Shown: piece by piece, positions 12,697 to 25,129 of the stretch
Position numbering within the stretch: the stretch's first letter is position 1
Layout of the letters: every line of letters begins with the position of its first letter
Assembly: GCA_963514005.1 (NCBI GenBank)
Contig: OY740807.1
Location: 12,648,001-12,712,000 of the forward strand
Length of the DNA: 64,000 nt
Source: Raja brachyura
Taxonomy: Eukaryota
Direction: 5' to 3'
Notes under the pieces: generated by a model
What the model was told of the DNA's origin: nothing
Databases searched by the model: none
Seen by the model: the letters and a program-made list of their open reading frames with translations, nothing else
Position numbers and translations under genes: made by a program

Positions 12697-15061
12697 TCTA
12701 TTAAAATCCGAACCAGCAAAATTCTCTTCCAAAAATAAAGTGCTTGCATTAGCACCCACCCTTGTTAAAATGGGCCATAATTCTAAAAAAGTTGTAGATA
12801 AGAGCAATGGATGCAAATAAACATATAGTCACATTTAATCAAAATGAAAATCTTCCTGATAAATATGGAGGTCATGACATTTCTAGTAAAAACAATGGTC
12901 CTGCTTATTTCCACAAAGTCCATATCACAGAAGTTTTTCATTCATTTAGCACCTTTGATAAGATTTCGTAAAATGCATTACAACCAAATATCTCCAAACG
13001 CCTGTCACTGTTGAGGCATAAAAATGCAGCAAGTTGTAAACAAGCTCTCAACACCAAGAAAATAAATGGCCTGATAGTCTATTTTAAGTTAGTTGAATAC
13101 TAAATATGTGCCAGCACATTAGGACAACTTGCTTGTTAAAATGGAACCTTCACTCATTCTAATAGCTTTTACTTATATTATGGAAAGGCAACAAAGAAGT
13201 AAATCTACATGCTAGAATTGAAACAAAAACAGAAAATGCTGGGAGTACTCAGTCAAACAGCATCCAAAGGAGAGCAAAACAGAGTCAACATTTCATTCAA
13301 TGATTTTTAATCAGAAAAGATAGGGTCATCAATCCAAAACACTTAATATTTATGAGGCATTGACTGCAATAAAGCACACCAAGATACCTTACAAGTGCCA
13401 AGAAAAACTAAACACATTCAACTCAATGCTGCTATTTTTAATATTTAGAGAGAAAATTTCTATGTATGACAATCCTCATGGACTTTGTTGAAGGCATTAT
13501 ATACAGATATTGTCAAATGTCTGTATATAATCAGCACAAATGTGTCTAAGCCCATTAGTAAAGAGAATTTACAACTAATAATAACCAGCTGTTTATGCAA
13601 ATTAATTTTCACAGGCTTAAACATCAGACCTCCAATTATGACAGCATTAAGTGGATAAACTGAGGAAGTGGTTTAAAAACTTGTTCTAAAAAATGTCTTC
13701 ATACCAATACAATTCCTATATTGGTATCCAAATTTGTCATTTAAACCTGTAACAATATTATTTTGTTGGTGAGCAAAAATGGTACATTGCAATATTTCTC
13801 TGTTTTGGAAAGGACCAAAGGAGACCATGGGCGATAAATGTTACGTCCATTTGTGCTGAGGAAAACAAAACATTGCAGAATTCATAAATGACCACAAAAA
13901 TATGAGCTATGGAGTAAAATTCACTTTCATGACAATTACAAAAAAAATAATTTCTCAACTCACATTTCTTAGCGCATGCGCAGTTGACCCAAAAATAGCA
14001 GTGAACTACTGTCTAGGAACACAACTACCCCCCCACTTCCCACCGTAAACTCACATGTCTCACCATGAAAGAATACAGATAAATCGAATGGCCGAAGATT
14101 GGTGATTGTGGGAAAATAAAAGCTTATCCACTCTGGCAAGAACAGCCGAGATAAAAGGTCTTGGATGTATTAATGCATGACGATTCACAAAAGGTTAGGA
14201 TTATGTTTTGCAAGTAATTTGAAGAGTGTGCGTTACCCTGTACATACAGTTTCAGTAAACTTGCTTGTATCCACTGCTCAACCAAGAGAGAGCAAATCAG
14301 AGTTCTTAAAAGATTACCCAGATGGGGTCAAATAACTGGCAACTGAATAACATACTATACATTAACTATACATTAACTGAAGAGACTAAACTTTAAATCT
14401 AGCCCAGAATTTTCTGAATGGTAGAAATATGATTTTCCTTATAAAAATTTTAAGACTTCCTTAGATGTTTACAGATGCATCATAGAAAGCATTTTATCAG
14501 CATGCATCACAGTTTGGTTTGGGAACTGCCCCATCCAAGACCTTAAGAAATCTCCCTTCCATTGACTCCATTTATACCTCCCGCTGCCTCAGCAAGGCCA
14601 GCAGCATTACAATCGTGCCATTCACAGTGTACAGATACATATCTAAAGGGAATAACGTTTAGTGCAACATAAAACAGGTAAAGTCCGATCAAGCATATTC
14701 CAAGTATCACCAATGAGGAAGATAGCAGTACGGGACTGCTCTCTAGATGCAGTGGGATGGTTCAGTTGCCTAACAGCTGGGAAGACTCTGTCGCTGAATC
14801 TGTAGTGTGTATACATATTTTGACACTTCTATACCTTTTCCCTGATTAGTCGGGGAGAAGAGGGAGTGGCCAGGGTGCAACACGTCCTTGATTATTATGC
14901 TGTTGGCCTTGCTGAGGCAGCGTGAGGTATAAACGGAAACAATGGAAAGGAGGATGTTGCAGTCAGATTGGGAATGGAAGGGGAGTTGAAGAGCTGGGCC
15001 ACCGGGAGATCAGCTTGGTGTGTTCAGCGAAACGATCGCCCCTTCCTACATGCGTGTGCGT

Positions 15062-15250
15062 GCGAGAAGGGAGGGAGGGAGAGAAAGGAGGAAGGAGAGA
15101 AGGGAGTGAGGGAAGTAGAGAAAGAAGGGAGGAAGAAAAGGAGAGAAAGAAGGGAGGAAGGAAAGGAGAGAAGGGAAATGGAGAGGAAGGAGGGAGGGAA
15201 GGAGCAAAGGGGTGCAGGGAAGAAGGGAAGGAAGAGAAGGGATGGAGAGG
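15062..15250 (+). repeat. Polypurine (GA-rich) low-complexity tract
   Basis: About 190 nt of almost exclusively G and A. Confidence 0.85.
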
Positions 15251-15407
15251 GCCAGCAGCGGGAGCAGATGCCGGGTCCAGGTGAGCTGAGGCCAAGGTTC
15301 GTAAACGTTGCTCCAAACCCCAGCCTGGCCCAGCCGAGAGTAGCGCGGGGCCCCCTTCGGGGCAATTAGTCCAATTGGCTTTAGGCCGGCCCTGCGTGTG
15401 CTCACTG

Positions 15408-15795
15408 GAATTTAGAAGGATGAGAGGGGATCTTATAGAAACACGTAACATTCTTAAAGGACTGGACAGGCTAGATACGGGAAAATTGTTCCCGATGTTG
15501 GGGGAGTCCAGAACCAGGATTACAGATTAAGAATATGGGGAGGCCATTTAGGACCTAGATGAGGAAACACTTTTTCCCGGAGAGCTGTGAATCTGTGGAA
15601 TTCTCTGCCACAGAAGGCAGTGGAGGTCAATTCACTGGATGTTTAAAAGAGAGTGTTAGATTTAGCTCTTAGGAATCAAGGGATATAGGAAAAAATAGGT
15701 ATTAATTTTAGATGATCAGCCATGAGCATATTGAATGGCGGTGTTGGCTCGAAGGGCCAAATTGCCTACTCCTGCACCTATTTTTTTATGTTTCT
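15408..15795 (+). mobile_element. CR1/HER1-like LINE 3' end
   Basis: Typical body (GTGAATCTGTGGAATTCTCTGCCACAGAAGG) and CCTACTCCTGCACCTATT tail; similar copies at 33597-33900 and 42627-43090. Confidence 0.8.
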
Positions 15796-16137
15796 AAAAC
15801 GCTCTGTCGCATCTTTTTTTTTTTTTTTTAAATAGAAATTTACCCTATGTTGGTCAGGACTGAAAAGTAACAGATAGACTCCAACTTAAATTTGCTAAAT
15901 CCACAAGAAGAATCTTAGAACATTAAAATAATTATTCAACGACTATTCAGCACAACATAATATTGTCAATGATCGAGTTACCATATTTGTTATAAACTAA
16001 ACTCCAAATAATAATGGGATAGTAACAAACAAAAAAAAAGTTACAACAGATCTACATTTGCATTGCATTATCAAGTTTGCCCACATTCCCCTTCATTGTT
16101 TCACATAGCCAGGCCCAAAACAAAATCCAAAACCATA

Positions 16138-16453
16138 GACACGATGGCGCAGCAGTAGAATTGCTGCCTTACAGCGCCAGAGACCCGGGTTCGATCCTGA
16201 CTACAGGTGCTGTCTGTGTAAAGTTTGTACGTTCTCCCCATGATCGCGTGGGGTTTCTCAGAGATATTTGGTTTCCTACCACACTCCAAAGACATACAGG
16301 TTTGTAGGTTAATTGGCTTGGTATAAATGTAAATTGTCGTGTGTGTGTGTATGTGTGCTTGTGTGGCATAATGCTAGTGTGCAAGGATTGCTGGTCGGCA
16401 CGGACTCTGTGGGCCGAAAGGCATGTTTCTGCGCAGTTTCATCTCTAAACTAA
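16138..16453 (+). mobile_element. tRNA-derived SINE (HE1/V-SINE-like)
   Basis: A box TGGCGCAGCAG, B box GGTTCGATCC, conserved core, CTAAA tail; related copies at about 100-200(-), 34713-34870(+) and 41580-41900(+). Confidence 0.85.
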
Positions 16454-16659
16454 AACAGTTTGAAAATGATCAGCTGTATCCAAATCAAACTGGTATCAAG
16501 TTTTGTATCAATGTTCATAACCAGTCTATCAAAGTTCATACTGAATTATTGCAGTGCAATCAATACATAAATACAGCCTATGTTTACTAGAAAATTGCCA
16601 ATTACTCCTGATGACCAGTTGACGATTTCCAATCCTCTGCTGCTGATGATCTGATCTAC

Positions 16660-16738
16660 CTTCAGATGCTTTGACAATACTATTGCACTGCTAGCTGTGA
16701 AACACAGTAGTGCAATAAAGTCAGAGCACCTGTCAGCA
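16660..16738 (-). ncRNA. MIR301A: pre-mir-301 (3p 16668-16690, 5p 16706-16727)
   Basis: 3p CAGUGCAAUAGUAUUGUCAAAGC and 5p GCUCUGACUUUAUUGCACUACU match miR-301a and form a hairpin. Confidence 0.96.
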
Positions 16739-18702
16739 GCAAGTATAGAAAAAATCTGTAGAGCTTATCACTGATCCAAACCCAAAGTATTAACATTCAA
16801 TAAACAAACTATAAACTATACTATAATACTAGTACTATACCAATTCTTAAATTTGGGGATATCCTTCAACAATTGGTTATACAAGTCTAAAACATATAGA
16901 ATGCAAACTTTATTTAAAAAGCAATAATTCATGTCAGAGGCTAAAAGTAATCTGATATTTTATAAATTAAGTTTAAAAGTACACGGGTTCACTTAAAAAA
17001 AGGTTGACAGCAAGTGCATCAAAACCAATTTCAAGTCTCACGGCTTCAATTAGTTAGAATTTCCCTTTTCCAACTATTTTCCCAATTCTCAAACTCATTT
17101 CCATATTCTGCACCACACTCCCACAACAAATGTGGAAAGCCAACAAGAAATGAACACATGCAATGTATTTTTTAGCATTTGTCAATGGCAAATGCCAATT
17201 AGACTGTACAAAGAATCTGGCAGAAATCTCCCATCTATAAAGACTGAGCATATTTGCTCCATGGCAGCTCCGATTAGTGTTAAAATGGTGTGCACCCCAC
17301 ATCCTTCTACACTATACACTTTATTTCATACAATTTTATTTTTAAGTTGTAACAAACAGTGCCAGGCTGGCTTTAGAATTTAATTTATAATTTTTTAAAT
17401 TACAAATGTTTTTTCAAAACAGCTTCGCATTAAGCATGGCATGTCCAAACGTACTGTACTAAAGAATTAAGAGTGAACCAGCAGCGCCTGGCTGATAATG
17501 TCCAGAAATCAACCAATCTTACTGACATGTCCAAATCACCAAATGATGGTTGATACTTCAATCAGTACAAAAGGAAAAGGATGGACACTGCCAATACTGG
17601 GGCACAACGTAGCAGGGGATAACTTTCAATTTAACACAATATTTAAAAATGTTATTTACTTTCCTCAAACAGTACACTAGCATTTATGCAATGCAAAGCA
17701 ACAATTTCAGATTTGATCTTCCAATTTATCTTGAAGTAACTAACCTGAACCCCAATCCCAGCAAATGGGTACAATTTAAGCTGATGGTTGAAACCACTGC
17801 CCACCTTTGGACAACCTTGTATTCATTAACATTTGTTAGAAAAAGATATGGTCACCTTCCATGGGTGAACGAGCTAAAAATGACCGATATGGGGAATGTA
17901 TAAACAATGATCATTTAGCCTGTACATCGAGGACACTGAATCCAAAAAGAAAATCTGAAGGAAACAGGACACAAAATGATCCATGTGGATGCAAAATGCT
18001 AAGTCAACTCAGCATACACTTCATGAGAATAAATGCAGTATAATATCACCCACACGTCTCTGGGATGCGGGAAGAAATCGGAGCACCCAAGAAAATTCAT
18101 GAGGTCACTGAGGAACACATTGTATTTTACACTAATATACAAAATCAACGGGATCACCCTTCAACCAAAATTACCTCAGATCTGTCCCAATGAAATCTAC
18201 AGATAAAGACCACAAATTTAGACCAGTTTTACAGGAAACCCTGTATAATCACGAGTGAAAATCTAGTCATATACTCATCCAGACAGCTTTTAATTCCAAA
18301 TTGATGACAATTGTGTGTGCAATTATGTATAATGTGTTTGTGAAAGTGCTCCCATAATAATTACAATACAAGACATACTTTTAAATATCAAAAAAACTTA
18401 TATACAGATAGAAATCAGTGCCAGGAATGTCCAATAAATCTAATGGGACATGTTAAATGAAAAATTATTTTAAGCACTTAAATCACATCTCTCCCCCCCC
18501 CCACCCATACCCCCCCACCCATACCCCCCCAATAAACAGCTTACCAACAAGTTATCAATATCCAATTACTTCCAACACACCAAAAATATTTATTCCGCAA
18601 AATCCGTTTCCAAAGCAAGTCATTGCATGGAAGGAGCAAAGGAAAGATTGGAAGGAAATAAAATGCCACGATCTGCAGGTCCCAATTGCCAAATTGATCT
18701 AG

Positions 18703-18785
18703 TCGCCGGCCAATGCCCTTTTAATATTGCACTGCTTTTTTTCGGTTATCACTAGTAGTACAACATAAAAAGGGCACTGGACGAA
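18703..18785 (-). ncRNA. MIR130C: pre-mir-130 family hairpin, miR-130c-like (3p 18713-18734, 5p 18754-18775)
   Basis: 3p CAGUGCAAUAUUAAAAGGGCAU, 5p GCCCUUUUUAUGUUGUACUACU; stem closes with ccagtgccc/gggcattgg. The paralog letter is tentative. Confidence 0.93.
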
Positions 18786-21700
18786 CGAACAAAGGGCACA
18801 GAGATCGATGTTGATGGACATCCTCCGACATCACAAACAAAACTGCCAAATCAATCAAGTTTAAGTTAATGCGATCTTCAACCATCTGTGGGTTAAGAAA
18901 AACGTTAAACTTAAGCTATTATCTTGTACTAGGCAGACACCCGAGAAGAGAACAAGCATAATTATCTTCACTCACCATATTGTTGTGTTCACTAGAACAG
19001 AAACAACAGTTGAACAGTTAGAAGAGAAAACATAAAATTTAGAGGAAATTGATTGGATTTTCAAAAGCTCTTAAAAATCTAAGCACAAGGTAAATTCACA
19101 AGTAACTGCAAACAAAAAATTATTCTTTCCGCTTTCAAAATATATATTGGAAAAAAAAAATCCCTTCCTCCCCCATGTGTTTAAATACAATTAATCAAGA
19201 ACAATTCTTCCAAAGAAATAAAGTTCTTACAGATATACGGCTTCATAGGTATTGCATATCATTGGGTCATTTGGACTCAAGTCACTACAGCAAGACTGGG
19301 TTGTTTGATGAAAGCATTCAGAATCAAGGAAACAATTTATTCTAGAATGACATCTTTTAACTCATATGGCCCATGACACTTATTCCTGACACAGCAGTAG
19401 AGTTGCTGCCTTACAGCCCTAGGAACCCAGGTTTGATCCAGACTTTAAGGAAACATCACGCAGAAAATGAGGTGGGGAAAATGTCAAGTGCCCCCAAAAC
19501 TAAATTATTTGGAGAGCTGTGGAATTTCACCAGAGAAAACATTTAGTGGGGCTACCTTATGATTTGTAGATTGAGTCAATTTTTCACTCAGGATAGTCTG
19601 AAAAACAGTTTTGTTCTTGAATACTAAGTTTATTTTTACCACCATAATATAACTGGATTCCATCTCCACCTCAACTTGCGTGCTATTGAAACCCCTTTGT
19701 CAATGAGCCATTTCACACACATCAGCAACCATTCTCTATCCTGGTTATCCAAGTCCCCGATACTCAAATTCCATCCATCTCAATGATGTTGCTGGACTAT
19801 AATGTCAGGAGTACCTCATCTTAAAATTCTCACCTTTCCCAAACGAGGACCTCATTGTTCCCTATATCCAACCTTCTCCTGGCTCCGAAATGTCTAAGAT
19901 AATAACCTTCAATTCTGGCCACGAGCACACAAGATCTTGAATTCTTAACCCCCATGACTTAAGCTACCAAGGCTCTAAACGTTAGAATCCCCTCCTTAAA
20001 CTTTGCGTATCTTTCACCAACTAAGTGGCTCCTTAGAACCCTACAGTTCTTTCACATAGTTAGATGTAATTTTTTGATAGAATTTCAGGGGACAATGTAG
20101 TACCTCAAAGTAACAGGCACATGCAAGCTGATATCCAGGGTAGTGAACAAGGTAGCTTCCAGTTGCAGTGGCAAAATAATAAAACATCTAATGATCACAA
20201 TTTATACCTCAATTTCACATAAAATCAATAATATGCTAAATCATGGCCCTGTCTTAGCTAATGCCTGCAGTATTTGAGGATAAATAAACAATGAACAATA
20301 AATAAACAATTGAAAAGAGGTTTTATCCTTCAAATATGAATTGCCTCATTTATGTCCTTCATCAACCCAAAATTCAAATGCTTGGAAGACAAACTTCTCA
20401 ACACAAGGAATTTTTAAACTCAAGCAACCTCACCTCAAATGACAGCAGTTGTGATGCAGACCATCAACTGCTCGTTCATGCTGTGCATGAATACATCCAG
20501 GCCTCTCCCTATACGTCAATTAACCGGTAATTTTACCCAAAAAGACACTGAATTACACTATCAAATTAAAAAGTCCCAGTAAATAAAATTGGTAAACCTA
20601 CTCTTAGGTGTTAACACATTTTCAAGTAGAATTTTCTCAAATATATTTTTAAAAAGCAAAAGTGGGTTTTCCTGCAGTTGCCATGGCAACTGAACCATTA
20701 TTACAGCTAGATCTCTGAACTCTTTCCATTTATTTAATTCATTAACTGAGAATGTAGATTTTCTTTACAATGTTAGCACACAATAATTTGAATATCTCCA
20801 CACTGTTATGGCTCAGTCACGTAGATTCAGTTAAAGGCTTTCATGCCCGAAATGCATGCTTCAAATGCACAGGAATGTTACACCACAACATTGAAAAATC
20901 AGCTTAAAGAAAAAGTGATTCTTTACAAATGAATTAGCCTAAACAAGAGCTTTGTTGACAGGTTGTCACAACTTTGTATTACTCATGCAATGCAAGAGTT
21001 ATCAATTCATCCAACAACAGGAAAGTTAGAGTTAAATACTATAATTCAAGAACAAAAGCTTTTCACTGTACCTCAGCACACGTGCCAATAAACGAAACTG
21101 AACTCAATTAAATTCATTCACGTTAAAGAGGATTTAAAAAAATACATCCACACCCATGCTCAGTACTCCTTGCACACCTAAAACACCCCAGCTGTACACT
21201 GCCAACCAAGGTATCATGCTCCAAGAGTATTAAGCATATTAAGTATGAATCATGAATAAAATATCCACAGAAGTTATCAAAATATTCTCTATAATTTAAC
21301 TGTGGAACAATTTGTCAGGGGATTGGTGTTACCTCAAACACACACTATGATTCGAGGCCATTTGCGACAAAGTAATAATACAAATGACTTTTTTTGAAAA
21401 CCAAAATACTCTTGAAACCCAATGTCTCAATTTCATTCATGCTTGCCAGATTAATCCCCAAAATACCAGATTCAACTATGCTCTACTCAGCTAATAAACA
21501 GTCCATATGAAACATTCCTGTGCACTAACCAATTCACAGATATGGCAAATGGAAAGGTTTTTGACATGCAGTACATTGTTTTTCCCTGGATAAAGAATTT
21601 AAAATAACTTGGGTAAATATTAGGGACATTTAAAAAGCTCAAGCAGCTCCCTTACATGGCATGAAATGTTCATCCACACACTTGCAGATGATCTTGTCTC

Positions 21701-21819
21701 CTTAAACTGTAGAGCAGAAGAAGCCATGAGAATATTTAAATTTGTGTAAGACTGGACAAGAGCTCAAATTTCAAATAACCTGCCCCCATGCTACATCAAC
21801 ATTTTACAACGCTGAAGCA

Positions 21820-22650
21820 CTGGTACAATTCGCGAAAATTGGCGCTATTAGGAAGAAGCTTTTCTTTGAAACATGCTGAAAGCAAGCAGTTAAACCATGC
21901 AACCCACTACAATGTCCCATCCCATCGGGAGCGCGCATACAAGCTTGCCGTACTATTGGGAGGGGTAAGGAGAATTGCCAACCGTGAACAATTTGATGAT
22001 AAATACCGTAGCTCATGCCGCCTTTTTTTTTGTTTTGTTACTGGTACACAAAAAAAAATAACGTGGCGTTGCTTTTTTGGCGGGTAAAAAAAGGGAAATT
22101 GTCGACCAATAATCAATTTTAACAACCTGGGACGGCGTTTGTGCGCGTAACCCACCAGCTGGCTGTCAAGCGCCGGGCGGCAGTTAACGTCGGCGCGTTG
22201 AGCGTGCGGAAGCGGGGACGCGCACGACCAGACATCATCCAAACTGTCAATCGGCCGGCTCGAGCGCCCAGCGCGCACTCGTGGAGAGGGGGAGGGGTGG
22301 TGGAGAAGAGGAGGGGAGGGGCTCCCAAGACGAATGAAAACAGGCGCGACAACGCCGGAATGCCTCGGCCCTCCCACACACTTTACCACAGAATCGCTGT
22401 TGTTATTTTATAAACTCCCTCCCTCTCCAAACTCGACACTAAAGATTTCGAGATGATCTCCGTCGTTGGAAAAGAAATCAAAATTACCGTTAACACACAC
22501 AAGAAATCCCAATCCCGCCATTTTTGCACCCAATTACCCGGATGCAAATCAGGACCGAGCTTTCAAACAAATTAAAGTTTTTGCCGAAAAAATACACCCA
22601 TCGCATGCGCGCAGAAATTTTTTTAAGTATTTTTCCCGCGTCCGCGAGGT
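21820..22650. promoter_or_regulatory. CpG-rich segment at the start of SKA2 intron 1 with E2F-like sites
   Basis: High CpG density; TTTTCCCGCG 22631-22640, TTTTGGCGGG 22075-22084, TTCGCGAAAATTGGCGC 21829-21845. Confidence 0.55.
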
Positions 22651-22737
22651 TTTACTCTACCTATTGCAATATGTTCTTTTTAATTTAAACTGATTTTCAA
22701 TATTAAATAATTTTTTTAAATTAAAAAACCCGCTTAC

Positions 22738-22770
22738 CATCGCTGCCAGCTTGTTGACCGCGGTCTCCAT
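22738..22770 (-). CDS. SKA2: SKA2 coding exon 1 (33 nt, METAVNKLAAM)
   Basis: AACATGG Kozak context, GTAAG donor, next to the CCAAT promoter; resembles the SKA2 N-terminus MEAEVDKLELM and joins exon 2 in frame. Confidence 0.9.
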
Positions 22771-22779
22771 GTTGAATAG

Positions 22780-23200
22780 TTTACATTCCGAAGGCGAACC
22801 GATAAAGGCCTTTTCAGCGCGATGTAACGCGGACTCTGATTGGACGATTGCTGCATAAAGTCCGCATTCTCATTGATCAGGGTAGAATGCGTCTTTCTGA
22901 TTGGACGATGGTCAGGCTTCTGCGAAATACAATAGGCCCGCTGATAGGATGACAGGTAAACGCATGCCGCCATTTCATTGGACACTCACGAGACGCAGTA
23001 TATTTCATTGGGCGAAATAAGGCTGTCATGGATTGGACGAAGTGCGAACGGGCCCAGTTCCTTCATTGGTTGAATCGGTCCGATGACTTTAAAACGACCC
23101 ACGCTATTGGCCTTAAATAGTTCCCAAGTGTGGATCATGAAAGATAGTGTCCTATTGGGTGAGACGTGTGCGTTTTAATTTAAAACGGCCGGCGTTGGGT
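22780..23200. promoter_or_regulatory. SKA2/PRR11 bidirectional cell-cycle promoter (NF-Y CCAAT cluster, CHR-like and YY1-like sites)
   Basis: ATTGG at 22839, 22900, 22977, 23007, 23032, 23065, 23106, 23154; TTTAAA at 23088 and 23179; GCCGCCATTT at 22966; CpG-rich and between two divergent genes. Confidence 0.88.
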
Positions 23201-23272
23201 TTTTTTGTGTCGGGTTCGTCTCAAAGATCCTATAGTTTGATTTTCCGCTATAGGATCTTTGGTTTGTCTGAG
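23190..23272 (+). other. PRR11: Probable non-coding exon 1 of PRR11 (start approximate)
   Basis: AG|GTGAG donor at 23272/23273 just downstream of the promoter; the next exon begins only 2 nt before the ATG, so an upstream non-coding exon is required. Confidence 0.65.
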
Positions 23273-25129
23273 GTGAGCAATTGTGAACGTACTGAGGATT
23301 TCTGCTCTTTGTTTTAATGCCTACCTTAGTGTTAGTGATTTGAGCTATTGCGAATTGTCACGTTGTATTTTCCAATTCAATTGAGCTATTTCACAAGCTA
23401 GGCTGTTATCCTTCAGCATAACCGCTGATTGAAGTAGTGGTGTTTATTAATGTTTCTGTCTTTGACATTTCGGTTTCCTTTCTTAACCTTGTTCCTTTGT
23501 AACTGCTACCTTTGTAGTTTCTGTCCAGGCAAAATCTGCGCGCTTTAAATTTTGCCAACGCCCCTCCCTTCCTTTTGTCCTTGGCTTTCCTATAAAGAGG
23601 TTTTACGGAGACAGAGAAGGATGAATGTTTGGCAATAAGATTACGTTCTTAATTTTATGGGTCACAAAAGACATACTTTATCTTAATCTTTAGTTTAGTT
23701 TATTGTCACATGTATCGAGGTGCAGTGAAGAGCTTTTGTTGCGTGCTAACCAGTCAGCGGAAATACTAGACATGATGTTCATATAAAACTCATTAACACA
23801 GGATTGCCGTGGCTACCCCTTAGCAATAGCTTTCAGATGTTGAGGATTTGTTAAAGAGAAAACAAGGAGAAATTTACGGAAATGCCACGGAGTGAATCTC
23901 ACTGCCAAAATCACATTTCTCTTTTGGACAGCGGTGAGGGAGTCGATTACTTTGGGGACTACAGGCAAAGCAGGATGCATAATACAATGGCTCTTCTTCT
24001 TTCGTGTGGCGTGCACAGCCTAAAGTTCTAGGACAACTTGTTCTATTTGATCTTTCGTTTGTGCACGTAGAGTTGATTAAAGAGCTCCTCTAGTATCTTT
24101 GGAGTTGATTGCATTAGTCGAAACAAGGCAGACCACGTGAAGGTTGGAATCTTCCACCCCGTACCATGAGTGGGGAGGAAGAAGAGCAAATGGTGAAAGG
24201 GGATTTGGTATATAATTTAAACTATATCTCTATATAGTTTACTGGGATTATATATCTGATTTATTACATATGTTGTCACGTAGGATATCACTGGGTGCAC
24301 AGCATGCTCAATGGGAAATGTGAACAATGAGGGGCTCTGGTCTACTGTGGAATCAATGACCTTAGTAGGAAAGCTTTGATTTGGGAGGGGATTAAATCAA
24401 AGCTGGAGACAAGGAGCTGCAGATGCTGCAATCCTGTGCAAAAAAAAGTCGGACAACATCCATGGAGGGAATGGATAGCCAACATTTTGGATCACAGCCC
24501 TTTCACCCTGATGTGCTGAGATACTCCAGCACTTTGTGTTTTGCTCAGGATCTTAACGGTGGTTGGTTCAGAGAGGTTCCTGGTGTAATCTGCTCACAAG
24601 ACATAAAGAGGAAAATAGGATAAATCTTTAACCTAACAGGGAGATGGGGCCTTTGGTGGCAATTATGGGAAGAGGAGAAACAAAGCATGAAGTAATAGAA
24701 ATGGAATAAAAATGGGTTGGGAAGCATGCACAGTTAAAACATACAGAGCATTCACAAGGTAGATATATTAATGGCATAAGTAGAAGAAAATTGGAATGTT
24801 CCAATTGCCATTATGAATGTGGGTGACCATGTCTGGGTAATGAATGTTAAATGATATTCTGCATTTGGGAAGAACAATAAACATTTTTAAAGGACGTCAG
24901 GTAGCCCTATTAATAAGAAATTAGATTGTTGTAACAATGAGAAATTATCTTGCCTTAGCTAAGACATAAAGGGCAGAAAAGATGAGTTGGAGTTACGTGT
25001 GTGTCACCAATCTGATTGTAATATTGAGCAAAACTAAATGCTGGAGGAATTCAGTAGGTCAAGTAGCATCTGTGGAGGGAATGAACAGACAAGACTTCTG
25101 GTCGGGGCTCTTCCTCAGACTGATAGGAA

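Noticed and set aside
14922-15451. Several overlapping 110-160 aa ORFs
   Set aside because: They arise from the GA-rich low-complexity tract and flanking repeats
16548-16560. CAGTGCAAT seed-like sequence near mir-301
   Set aside because: Plus strand, only a short palindrome, no pre-miRNA stem
21788-22413. ORFs up to 160 aa near the SKA2 promoter
   Set aside because: Stop-poor CpG-rich DNA with no recognisable protein similarity
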